NCBI GenBank assembly: GCA_013239625.1
Contig: MU054049.1
Coordinates: forward strand, 1,377,015-1,441,014
Source: Lama guanicoe
Taxonomy: Eukaryota
DNA length: 64,000 nucleotides
Reading direction: 5' to 3'
The notes under the pieces are model-generated. The model saw nothing but the letters and a program-made list of their open reading frames with translations. It did not search any database and was not told where the DNA came from. Of the stretch, positions 38,928-50,617 are shown one piece after another. Made by a program: the position numbers and the translations under genes. Each line of letters opens with the position of its first letter. Positions within the stretch are counted from its first letter, which is position 1.

Positions 38928-39252
38928 GGGGGTCAGCACACTATGGCTTGTGAACCAAATCTGTCCCACCCCTGTTTCTGTACAGCCTCATGAGCTAAGA
39001 ATGGTTTTTACATATTTAAATAGTTGAGGGGGGAAATCAAAACCAGAATATTCTGTGATATGTGAAAATTATATGAAATTCACATCTCTGTGTCCATAAA
39101 TAACATACAATTGGAACACAGCCCCATTTATCCATCTACAGAGATCTCTGCTTTCCCTGGCTGAGCGGAGCAGTTGTGACAAAGACCACTTGGCCCTCAA
39201 AGCTGAGAACATTTACTCTCCAGCCTTCTACAGAAAACATTAGTTGGCCTGT
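38928..39252. mobile_element. MER58B-like hAT-Charlie element
   Basis: 'gggtcagcacactatggc...ccaaatctg...tgagctaagaatggtttttacat...aaaattatatgaaattc...ggaacacagcc'. Confidence 0.8.
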
Positions 39253-42200
39253 GCTCCAGAGACTAGAGCACAACTCCACCAGCTCCTCCTGACTCCAGGA
39301 CTTCTGCAAGCCTCAGTTTCCTCATCTGGAAAGTGGGGGCATGAATGGTCATTCCATCCAGGAAAGATTTAGTGAGAGAGAGTAGACAGTGCCTGGCACA
39401 TCATGGGTCCTGGGGAAATATCGGTTCCCCCATCTCATCTTTCTCTAGCTCCCTGGCAGGTCATAACAAAATAACGCTGGGCCCTTAGGTAGAATGTACT
39501 GTGTGTAGGTTAATTTACCTAACAACTCAGAACAGTGCAGAACACAGAGTAAAACATTTGTATGTGTTCACCAGTATTACTCTTTTGTTGTTATTATTAT
39601 TATGAAGCCCAGGAAATGCACCAACCTCCTGAAAACATTTGTGGAAAGGATTCCCCAAGGAAACCAAGCACTAGTGAAGAGCTCTCTGAGAGGCAGTTCA
39701 AGATCACGAGGCAGAAGTGGAAGAAACAGGGCAGTTGCCTCATGTCATCTGCGAGGATGTGAACTTGAAACACCCAGAACCAGAAACTGGCCTGAAAGAC
39801 CCCTTCCGCGTTGCCCTCCTGACCAGTTTTGGAATAAATACAGAGGCAGAACTGAGTTGATCAGCAGCAAAATGAAGTTAGCCAGTGTCACGCAAGTCCC
39901 GGCAAGGGCGAGGCCATTTTCACCCACGCCGTCAGGCAGCTGGGCAGCTCCCACTACGTTCCAGAGGTTCTGTGAAGAGTCGGGGCCAATGAAGTCACCG
40001 CAAGGAGGGGACGCGATAGCCCGCCGCCTGAGGACAGCGTTATTTATGCTCTTGCAGAATGTACAAGCGGATCTTGTTTTTCTGGACGATGAGGGAGCCG
40101 GCTCACATAGCGTCCGTGATTCTACATTTAGAATTGTGTCTTCATTCACATTCTTTCCACGCAGCTCACAGCTCCTGGACTGGAAGAGAGTGGTCACTTA
40201 CTTTGCCTGGGCCCGTCCCCCCAGGAAGATGCCAGCTCCTGCTCACGCAGACCCTGAGCTCCTGGTGAAGCTCAGGCTGAGTTCTCAGGGTGTGTTTTGT
40301 GCCTGGTGGTGGGGGGGGGGGTTCACGCTGGTGCCCCACCATGAGCATGAACCATACGTGGGGTCCCTGGCACCGGGCAGGTGGAGGCACATTCTGGGAG
40401 AAATCGGATTCTGCAGTGGTCAGCTGTGGTCAGGCTGGCTGGCCAGGGTCCCGAGCCAAGCTCTGAGGGCTCCTGCTCCCAGGACGGGCTCTTGCTGGGT
40501 CAAGTGTGTTTTATTGTTGTCTCCCGATCCCTCCTGCTGATGTCATTGACAAAGCTGCCCGGCCACTGCCCTGCCCCCCTGAACGTTCCCTCGCTCATTC
40601 TTACAGTTTTCTTTCCTCAATCAGCCACTTCAAGCAAACACTGTCAGCTCCAGCCGCACAGCAAAGCTCACCGCTTCTAGGATCCTAAACCAGACATGAG
40701 GTCATGTTTTCCACCTGTGAAGAATTAAAAGTAAGCTGGGGAAGAAACGTCCTGAGGGGTGGGAGGAAAATCAGGGGCCCTGCTGAAATCGTTTCAGCTC
40801 AGGTTACTCGCGCCCCAAAGCCAACTCCTCCATAAAATGGGCTTCAGTAATGCCACCTTTCCTAAAGCCTGGAACAAAATGATTTGGGTCAAAGGCAGAT
40901 AGGGTATGAACTGACTATAAATTTGTTTCAGCGTGTAATAGGGTTAAAAAATGAACTAGAGCATTAAATCCATGATTTCCTCAGTATTGCTATTGACCAA
41001 AATGCTGGGGTTTTTTAAAATTTTCCGTTGAATTTTCAATTTAAATTCTCTTTACAGAAAAATACATAAACAGTGGACAGATGGTTGAAGATGTGGCAAA
41101 AAACGTGAAAAAAAATGACTGGCATTTGAGAAGCTTTGCAATGTACAAGTCTACCCGTGTACATGAACGCTTTTGATCAACCCCACAAGGCACAGGCAAC
41201 CTGTCCATCTCAGAGACAAGGAAACTGAGGCACAGAGAGGCTGAGTGATGGGGCTAGTCTCAAACAGCTAGGAATACGAGGGGCCAGGGCTCCAAATCCT
41301 ATGTTTTGTTTTGTTTTGTTTTAATGCTGGCTTGCATCTCAAGTTGATCCTTTTTATCTGCCAGGTTGGCTACTGTTGGTTTTGACAAGCAGTGAAGGTG
41401 GGTGGGGTGGGTACCATCAAGGGGTTCACTTTGGTCTCCCTTGAACCACATCTGAGTGCTGATCAGTGAGCAGGTGTCCCCACAGGCAGATCTTAAGCTC
41501 TTTGGGCAAAAGGTATGTTCTGAGGCTCCCAGAGAGCAGGAGCTGGATCCTCCTGCTGGTTGGGAGTCTGACCCCTCCATTCACAGAGCAATGAGGAGCT
41601 GTTCTTTCTGATTTGTTTGAACTGAAGTACCAAGACCCAGCTCCCTGTGACCATGCCACCACTGGGTTCAAGGCTGGAGGTGGTGCCAGGCCTTGAGTTG
41701 GGGCTGGGACAGAGGTTGCTGGCTTTGGGGAGCCCACAGGGGCAGGCAGGACAGTCCACAAATAGATACAGAGGTACAGTGTGCTACAGGCTTCCAAGGG
41801 CTTTGGGCATCTCGTGGAGCGGGGCACCTGTCTGGGACCAAGTACCTCTGCTTTCCCAGGGCCATGGGGCGGGGGAGCATGAGAAAGGATCTTGAAAAGA
41901 AGGAAAACAAACAAAAAGGTCTGCATTAAAATTCTTGTGCTCCTGGTAGCGAGCAGACTCTCCCAGGGCACACTTGGGAAGGGTTAAGAGGGCACCTGGG
42001 AGCTGTCACAGAGGGAGCAAAAGCAGAAGGGCTGGAAGACGTTTGGGTGTCTGCAGGCAGTTTGGGGAGCAGGTGACCCCAGGCCAAGAAAGAAAGTGGC
42101 CACGGGAAAGGTGGAGCCCCTCCCAGAGGCGGAGAGGGCAGCTCCTCCCTGGCAGAATGAGACCGGTCCACCGGCACTTGGACCTTGCAAAAACCAGATC

Positions 42201-42779
42201 CGCCATGGCCGGGCTCACCAAATGGGCGCTTACCTCGTCCCTTCCCTGATTATTTCATATCCTCCTGCAGCTCTCACCCTGAAACCCCAGCCTGGCCTGC
42301 CCCCAGCCTGCTGCAGCTGGGCATGTTATTTTGCTCCAAAAGCACAGCCGAGGACGGCTCCTTACTCGAGGAATGCAGGCTGCGGTCCTCCGAGCCGATG
42401 ATGAAACAGGCTATTTCTGCCCCGGGACATCAGCAGGCCTCCGGGCGCTGGCTCCAAGGCACACACACGCTATCGTGTTTTCAATGTTTGTCTAAACAAA
42501 GGTTTTCCTTTGCACCTTGGGCTATTTTTCTTTGCGTCTCGGTGCTGGAATAGTTCTCAAACTCATTCTGGATTGAAGTTGGACTCTTGGTCAGGGTCCG
42601 GCTAAGAGGCGAGCCATTTCTCTCTCCCCAAGTTATCTATTACCCGTGGCCGATCTCAAGATAAAAATAGCCGCAGAAGCTGTTTGTTTAATCTGACTGT
42701 TACTTGACACCACGCGGGTGTTGCAGTGGGGACTGTTGCCTCTTCTCCACCAAGAACACCATTTGGTCTCCCCCGGCGG

Positions 42780-43450
42780 GCTCTCTATTTAGGTACGCTT
42801 CCCGAACTTCCCGTGTCTGGGCAGCTTCTGGGCACTGATTGTCCTCAGGTGGGCAGGTTTGTGGACAGTAAGAGGTCCAGGTCTTGAATCCACTCCCCCC
42901 CGTCTTTGGGCAGTCCGGCTAACAAGGGAAGAAATCTGGGCTGCTGGGCAGAGCCGGGCTGCTGGAAGAGGCAGGGTTTTCTGTCCCCATTCCTGGGAGG
43001 CCTGGAGAGCAAGCCGCCGGGACTCGCGGAGAGCGGAAGGTAGGGACAGACGCTGGTCTGGTTCCTTCGCGTAGGCAGAGAGGCTCAAGCTCCGGCCGCA
43101 GGGATGTGCGCTCTGACCAGCGGTGTTGGCTGTCTCTCTGAGCCAGGGTGCCGTGCAGGGCGGCGTGAGCGGCCAGGGGCATGTCGAGGGCTGAGTTGCT
43201 CGGTGTGCTGGGTGTGCTGTGGTGCTGGATTGCTGTGTGGACCATGAGGGTACAGAGTACACGGTATAGACCTGTGTGACTTTGTCCTTCCGTGCATCTG
43301 TCCGGGCACTCTGCCCGCATACGGCTGAGCGGGCACAAGCCTTGGATGTGCCCGGGGCACTGCACCGCCAAATGGGGGCCACCCCACAGTCACACGTTCT
43401 GTGCAGGCAGACTGGCTTTCTTGTGTCCCCCAGTGCTGGGTCAGGCAGGA
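42780..43450. promoter_or_regulatory. Weak CpG-rich GC island
   Basis: Visibly raised CpG density (ccccggcggg, gccgccgggactcgcgg, ccggccgc, ggcggcgtgagcggcc) in non-repeat DNA. Confidence 0.4.
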
Positions 43451-43701
43451 GCCTATCAGCCGTAACAAAGAGGACAATTGGTCAGCGAGACATTCTGGCC
43501 CATGGACTCCAAGAGCATATGTGTCCTCAGCAGGGAACTCCTGCACAGTCTGTATTTTCTCCCACACCCTGGGGGTTCTTAGTCAGCTCCCGCGGGGTGG
43601 GCTTGGCCGAATCTAAAATCATACTCTTTTTTACCTCGTGCAGAAGAATTGATCGTTGAGAAGAGCGATACTAAACATGTATGGAAAGCTAGATAGCCTT
43701 T

Positions 43702-43832
43702 ATTTTAAATTTTTTTGGTGGGGGGAACATTCATTCATTTTATTTATTTTTAGAGGAGGTACCGGGGATTGAACCCAGGACCTTGTGCATGCTAAGCATG
43801 TGCTCTACGTCTTGAGCTACACGCCCCCCCTT
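43702..43832 (-). mobile_element. tRNA-Ala-derived SINE (Vic-1-like) with TSD
   Basis: TSD ctagata(g/a)ccttt at 43689-43701 and 43833-43845; body 'ggggattgaacccaggaccttgtgcatgctaagc'. Confidence 0.92.
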
Positions 43833-43879
43833 CTAGATAACCTTTAAAAAGTTATTATTTAGGACTTTATAACACTCCC

Positions 43880-44015
43880 AAGGATATTGATAATCAGGGA
43901 GGCTATGCATGGGGGGTGGGGCAGGGACTATATGAGAAATCTGCACATTTCACTTGATTACTCAATTTTGCTGAGAACCTGAAACTGCTCTAGAAAATAA
44001 AGGCTATTAAAAAAA
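43880..44015 (+). mobile_element. L1MC-like 3' terminal fragment
   Basis: 'gataatcagggaggctatgcatg...caattttgctgagaacctgaaactgctctagaaaataaa'. Confidence 0.7.
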
Positions 44016-44188
44016 ATCAGCATAAACTATGGATCATGTATTTTAACATAATCTAACTCGGTTGTTACAAACAATGTTTGAAGTAGTATTTTTTAATACC
44101 CACAAGTCTAGGAGCCCTGGAAAGTAGATAGAACACGTGGTTGTGTTAAATGAGGTCTAATGTTCCAGCATTTGTGTTCTCTTTACTC

Positions 44189-44374
44189 CAGTAGTTGGTA
44201 AACCACTGAGCTGGGCACCTGGTTTTGTAAATAAAGTTTTATTGGCACACAGCCACACTCGTTCAATTCCCACGTCGTCTCAGGCTGCTTTCACGCAACT
44301 GCCGAGGCCACGTGGCCAGCAAAAACAAAACATTTATCATGCAGCCCTTTACAGAAAGTATTTGCTGACCCCTG
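44189..44374. mobile_element. MER58A-like hAT-Charlie element
   Basis: 'ttttgtaaataaagttttattggcacacagccacactc...ccctttacagaaagtatttgctgacccctg'. Confidence 0.8.
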
Positions 44375-45953
44375 TTGTACAAGAACACTGCTTGAGACGG
44401 GTCGATCTGGTACATACACAAAAAGCAATGAACATTCTAGCTTTTACAACAGTCTGCGAGCCGGATGCTTCAGGACCACCAGCCAATTCTGGAGACCCCT
44501 GCCCCTCTGCTGGGCCGTTTTTTCCAGTCTAGCTGATACAGGAGATGTTCAGTCCGCCGCTGGGAAGGTTAGCTTTGCTGTGGAGGGTGGCCTGGGCTGA
44601 GCAGGGCCGATTGTGCTTATCAGGGTGGTTTATAAATAGACGTCTCCGGGTGACCCAGGTCCAGCGTGTGTCTGCCCCTTGGTCTTTGGAAGGGGAACAA
44701 TTGTGCCTGCTCACTGGTGACCGGAAGCTCATTGGGATGGGAGCAACTGTGCCTGCTGGGAGGAAAGGGGCTGATAGAATGCTGGGTCCCTGGAAACAGG
44801 GTCCTGGGTCCTGGATCCCCTGGGAGCCTGGGAGATGGAGGCGTGTGGAGGAGATGGGACAGAGACAACCCCCAGTCCTCCAAGGATGAGTGCATCCACC
44901 CCGATGTCCTCCCACTAGGACTCCAGCAAGTGACTTGGTGTTTTCTGCTCTTTGCTCCTGACCCTAAGGAAGCCCTGGAGACCCTGTACAGAAAGGCGAA
45001 GCTCCACGTCTGGAAATAGCCTTATTCCTCCAGCCTATGCCAGAAATCTCAGTAACTGAAACCCGCCAGGGCTGGGCTGTCTTCCTCACTGGCTCTTGGT
45101 GCCTTCAGTCCCTCTGCCCAGGGAGAGATGAAAAGGGCTTTCAGAGATGGTGGCCCATGTATAGACACATGGCACTGACATTTCCCAAAAGGCTGCAGTG
45201 GGTCTTGGTTTTATTTCCATCTGAGGGTTTAAACCACATTTTGCCAGATCCAGCCAATCCATAGCCTTATAACTCAATCTTATGTTTCATTTCTATAGTT
45301 GGGAAAACCCCAAACACCTCTCAGTTTCTACTTGATCCCAGGGGTGGCAGGACAGGAACTGGGAGGTGTGGGGGGACGAGGGGGATGAGGGATCATTCAA
45401 GGTGCATGGATCTAGGCCCCAAAATGGAATGTGTGGAGCACCGCTGAGATGTGTCCCCCCTCTCCCCCACATAAGTCAGTATCATTCTGGAACATTCTCT
45501 GGAAGGGGCTGCGTGTGTGAGTAGTATGTGGCCGCCGATGTCAAGGCTGAGACAGAGTGGGTTGTCAGCAGGCCTCAGTTCCCAGGCCGAGGGCTGAAGA
45601 AGGCTCGGTGCGAAGTGCAGTTCCTTCCGAGCTGCGTCGTTCAGAGCGTTTGGGAATCTGATCGCAGGAGGCGCCGAAGAGCTAATGAACTTCAGTGGCT
45701 TTCAGCGGACTTGATAGACCTCTCTTTCTCGTGGGAAGGGGCAAGGGAGCCTTCCGCACCACAGCAGTGAAAGCGGGGTGATGGCCTTCCCCGTATCCTC
45801 TGTTCTCTGCTTGGCTGGCCCTGGAGGCTCCAGCCCAGAAAGGACATTGTGCAACGAAGGGCTTCCAAACCCACGGAGATGCCGGCTCCGAGCATCAGCA
45901 GGCGCCTTTTGTTCCTTGGGGCCTCTGCACCCTGGACGCTGTTCCCTGGCCAC

Positions 45954-46008
45954 AGTGGGTCCCTTCTGTCCCTGAGTGGCCCCTTCCGTCCCTGAGTGGC
46001 CCCTTCCC
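45954..46008. repeat. 20-bp tandem repeat, about 2.7 copies
   Basis: cccttc(t/c)gtccctgagtggc at 45961-45980 and 45981-46000, with partial flanking copies. Confidence 0.9.
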
Positions 46009-46931
46009 AGGTGAGCTTGAGCTGCTGAGGGACTTCAAGGCTGAGCTAAGGGACGGATTTCATCTCGGCCATCTCCCATCTCAAAGCCTTCACCTGAAGC
46101 TTAAAGGAAGGCCAGGAGAGAAAGGAAACTCAGATTTGCTTGAGCAGCCCAGGGCTTTCCTGCTCCCCACCCAGCCTGGAGGCCTCGTGCCTCTGAGCCC
46201 TGCCTGCAATGGCCAGGTCATGTCAGAGCTGTCCCTTGGCTTGCCCTGTCCTGGGGCAGCCTGGTCACCTGAGCACCACCAGCCACTCCCCTCACCTGGC
46301 CCTGCCCGTCCTTCTGAAGCAGGTGAGACCCGAAAGCCACAGAGGTCAAGGGGTCAGAACTCAGACCCACAAGCTCAGAGCCATTTCTCACCCACAGTAT
46401 CCCTGTAAGTTCATTACTGCAATCCAGCTGCATCATTCCCGGGCATAAAACGCTTACAAAGATGGTCTGGTTTTATCGTCACTCATCCAGCATGCAAGTT
46501 TTCCCATGGTGGTTCTGGTGATGGTCTAGGAGACGCGGGCACGGTTTTCAAGGCAAATGCTGTACCAGCACCAAAGCTGCTTGAGGTCGGCTGATATCTG
46601 TTCAGAATGAGGCAGCTGCGCGATTTGCTCGGGCAGAGAAACCAGACAGAGAGGGCAAAGGCTGGAGGTGGTTCCAAGGACAAGGAAGCCTCTGGGGCCC
46701 TGGGCCGCCACCGCCTCACTTCTCTCTCCCTTTTCTGTTGGGAAAAGGTTGTCATCCTTGTGAGCCTGTGCCCCTGGCCCTGGGTTAAGCAGGTGGCATG
46801 GTGGGGATGGTCATGAGATGCTGACAGTTACTAGATGTCAGCCACCTCACAGACACGAGTTCACCGGGTCCTCATAAGGACCCCGTGAGGATGGTACTAC
46901 CTTCATCTCATTTTACAGATGAGGAAACCAA

Positions 46932-47024
46932 GGAGGGAGGGTAAAGCTCAGTGGTAGAGTGTCTGCTTAGCATGCACAAGGTCCTGGGTTCAATCCCCAG
47001 TGCTGCCATTAAAAGAAAAAAATG
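46932..47024 (+). mobile_element. tRNA-Ala-derived SINE (Vic-1-like) nested in MIR
   Basis: TSD acagat(g/c)aggaaaccaa at 46915-46931 and 47025-47041, duplicating the MIR core. Confidence 0.93.
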
Positions 47025-48809
47025 ACAGATCAGGAAACCAAAGCACAGAATGGTTTCATAATTTATAATTGCTGAGGGCCACTCACAGCCAGGACAGCCA
47101 GGAACCACGCCCAAGAGGGTCTGGCCTCCGTCCATGCCCCTCCCACTAGGCTAGAGCGCCCCCACTTGGGGATTAGAAATGAGGCAAGTGTCATTCAGTA
47201 AGCACCTACTATGCGCTTTCCACGCATGAGCTCTTTGAAAGCGCACCGAAATCTTGGCGGGTGTTAGTATAGCCACGGTAGATGTGGGATTGCTTCAGAG
47301 CAGCGGAAGCTTCCACTTGCCGGGTCCTTTCTCTGTGTAAGTCTCTCCTGGGCTCTGATATTTTTTCCCTCTACTCTTCACAACCACCCAGGGAGGCAGG
47401 TGCAGTTGCAGATGAAAGAAGGGAGGCTCAGAGAGGTGGGGGAACTGGCTGAGGTCACACGGGGCTAAGAAATGGGAGCGTGATCTGACTCTAACGTGAT
47501 GCTCTTTCTACCGCCATCTGCTCGGTACCCAGCTTGGACCCAGCTGGATGCCTGTGCACAGACTGGCGGTAAAACTCCCTCCCAGCTGCCTTCAAGCAAG
47601 CCCTGCCCATGAGACCACTCTCTTTCCACCTCCTAAACCCTGCAGCTCAGACTGACCACTGGCTCTTCTCCCCTCCCAGGTGACAGTCCCTTGGAGAGAT
47701 GGCATTTCTGATTCATCTCTGCACCCCACACATGCACAGCCTGCCCAGAGCCCAGCCTAGAGCCAAGCAAACACAGCCCAAACCACAGTCGTTGACAACC
47801 CTGAGGCCCAAGTGGCCCAAGAGCCCATGACTGATCAGTACAACCTCCCAGAAAGGGGTACAACCTCCAATCGCTCAAGGCCCAGGGCAGCGGTGCTCCA
47901 CGAGCGGTCTGCAGACCTGCAGCACCAGCATCCCTGAATGCTCTGGCCCCACCCCAATGTCCGAGTGAGCATCTCTGGGATGGGGCCCAGCACTCTGTTT
48001 CACAAGCCCCCCAGGGCATTCTGAGAAGGGAGGACCATTGCTTTAAGAAAGGAAAGAGAGACGAGCTTCCTTGTTGTTCTCAAACACAGTAGGAGATGCT
48101 CAAATAGCTGATTTTTTTTTCCCATTTCAACTTGAGCCATTGTTTTAAATAATCTTGCCTATTGGAAGAGTGTTCTTCAGTTTTCATTTTTAGACAGATA
48201 GCCTGGGTGGCCACATCTGAACTTCTCACCGCTGTAAGCATTCCATGAGGAACTCTATAAAGAGAAGGGCTAGTTGTCAGTCCCATGACTGTATCCCCCA
48301 CAGCAGGGAAGTTCTCTCTCTTTCCTTCCTTGCAGAGCCAGGCTCACTATTGTCACTCAGATTGGAGAAGGGACAGCTGTCATCTGTCAACTAGACATCT
48401 CTCTTCTATTTCCCAGCCTCCAGCAGGAAGTGAGGAGAAGGTCAGGGACAGCGGGGCTCTGACATGTGTGCACGTTGGAAGTGAAGGGGGGAGTGTTAGG
48501 AATTCCTGGTGACTCTTCATGGGAGGCACCTCCCCCCAGCCCAGATACCCATGGCTTCCTGAAGTTCAGGGCCATGGAAGGTGGTACCCTCCTGGATGCT
48601 GCCACAGGACGACCATGTCCAGCAGAAGCTTTTTCTAGCTTTACTAAAGCAAATGCTCCCTGTGGGAAGAAGAAGGCATGGAAGATGGAAGAGAAAGTTC
48701 CAAGAGAGATGCCGCCATCTGCCTTCCCCTGCGGGGACACCATGGCAGAGGGAGGTGCCCACCCCATAACTCTCTCTGCCTTGGCTGCACAAAGAGGGCA
48801 AGATCGTTT

Positions 48810-49000
48810 GGCACAGAGATTTGGGTCTGAATCCTGGCTCTGCTACTCCCTGGCTGTGTGACCTTGAGCAAGTTCCTCAACCTCTCTGACCCTCAATTTC
48901 TCCACCTGATTCCTTTGGCACAGGCCCTGTCTAACATGCCTCGTGGCTGTGACTCCTGAGTGAGATCGCAGATGTAAAGTTCACAGAGTGTAATAGGAGC
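48810..49000 (+). mobile_element. MIR
   Basis: 'gggtctgaatcctggctctgctact...gctgtgtgaccttgagcaagttcctcaacctctctgaccctcaatttc'. Confidence 0.85.
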
Positions 49001-50405
49001 TGGATAAACAGCGGTGGCTCTTCCAGCTCTGCTCCTCTGCCTTTGTCACCCAGCCCTGCGGCATCAGTTTACAGATGGGGAAGTAGGGTCCACAGATGGT
49101 GAGGGGAGCTCTGCAGCCCCTCTGCTCTCCCGTGGTTCCAGGAGCTCTGGCTGGACCCTCCTCTCTCTGCCCAAGCCTGGGATACCCCCAGGCTGCTTTC
49201 CAGGGGTGCCCCTCCCCATCTTGCCTGGTTCTCCTCCCAGGGGCTGGAGAGAGGATGGTTGCTAAGTTACACCCCACGCCGGCCAACCCAAGTGCCTCTT
49301 CCTCTGGGAGCCTCTGAGGTGGCCTCCTGTCAGGACAAGGCTCTCCAAAGTGGTGTCCGGAGCCATCGGTTACAACTGTCTGTGCAACACCCACTTCCTA
49401 GTCCTCAGGGTCTTCCCCAGGGACCAGGCTGTGGGCTTGTCTTCCCATCAGCCCCAGGATACAAAAACAGGACTAAGGCTGAGACAGATTGAGCGATTTG
49501 TCCAAAGTCTAACTGATTCCACAGCTCTGAACTGGAAAGCCAGGTGCCCATCAGGAAGGGGCAAGGCAGGCTCTCAAGGGCCTTGCCTGCCAAAGGTGGC
49601 CTTCCAGCTGGAATGGGGTGCAGGGAACAGAAGACACCCTGTGGCTGAGGGTCTTAAGATGAGCGCCAGGGAGCCCCGAGGGTGATACCTGGGCGTGTGG
49701 GGGCTGCGGGGTGGCCAGGGATGGGGCAGGGCTGAGCAGAGGCTCTCAGCCTGCAGCAGGCAAGTCAGAAGCTCCTGGAGATGCTCTGTAAATACAGATC
49801 GCAGGAACCCTCTCCCTCTCCAACAGCCCAGGTTCAAGTCCTTCATCACCAGCTTAAACATCTTGGGGTTCCAAGTCTTCCTTTATAAAGAACAAGAGTA
49901 CTTTCTATCTTACAAGGTTGTTGTGAGTATTCACTACATAATAATGCATATGTATCAATAATATAGGAGTATCTAAAGTGCCTCTCTTACGCCAGGTGCT
50001 CCGTAAATGGAGATTTCTCTTGCTCATTCATGCACTTATTTAACAAATGAATTGAGCCTCTGTTAGGGCCAGGCACGGTGTGGGGACTGGGGACAGGTCA
50101 AGGAAGCAGAAAGGCAAGGCCTGGCCCGTGGACTCACCACCTAGGTGGTCTCCTCCACCTCCTGCCACGTGAGTCTGGTCAGACCCTGCCAATCACCATG
50201 TTTGGACCTTAGGTCTCCACTTCTCCATCCAGATGAGAACCTAGCCTCGCTATAAACCGGGCAGCAGCACACGGAACCTGATGGGGACCATCTGGGGACT
50301 CTGGTCTAGGACAGTTAAAAAAAAAGAAAGAAAAAAAACAATGCTGCAGATCATAACTCATTATTGAGTCCTGAGATCACTTACTACTTTGCAAATCATT
50401 TTTTT

Positions 50406-50617
50406 TCTATATATATATTTTTTTTATTGAGGTATAGTTAGTTTACAATGTTGTGTCAGTTTCTGGTGTACAGCGCAATGCTTCAGTCATACGTGAACAT
50501 ACGTATATTCGTTTTCATATTCTTTTTCACCATAAGTTACTACAAGGTATTGAATATAGTTCCCTGTGCTCTACAGTACGAACTTGTTTATCTCTTTTGT
50601 ATATTGTAGTTAGTATC
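50406..50617 (-). mobile_element. Short L1 3' end with 16-bp TSD
   Basis: TSD tgcaaatcattttttt at 50390-50405 and 50618-50633; the 5' junction overlaps L1 sequence (microhomology). Confidence 0.9.

Noticed and set aside
39602..40540. Longest ORF (312 aa, +) and overlapping 150-aa minus ORF
   Set aside because: No recognisable domain or family, R/S/P/W-rich composition typical of chance ORFs in GC-rich DNA, and no processed-pseudogene hallmarks. A BLASTP/PhyloCSF hit would overturn this
41365..41397. 33-nt candidate exon (ccag|...AAG|gtgggt)
   Set aside because: Modest splice signals, stops in two frames, no supporting context
45954..46008. CRISPR-like or functional repeat array
   Set aside because: Head-to-tail 20-mers with no spacers in a mammalian context; a simple minisatellite
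46932..47010. Apparent tRNA-Ala genes (also near 30-100, 43750-43830, 59730-59800, 61500-61570)
   Set aside because: Diverged stems, poly(A) tails and TSDs show they are SINE copies
50136..50149. 14-bp palindrome accacctaggtggt
   Set aside because: A few palindromes of this length are expected by chance in 64 kb
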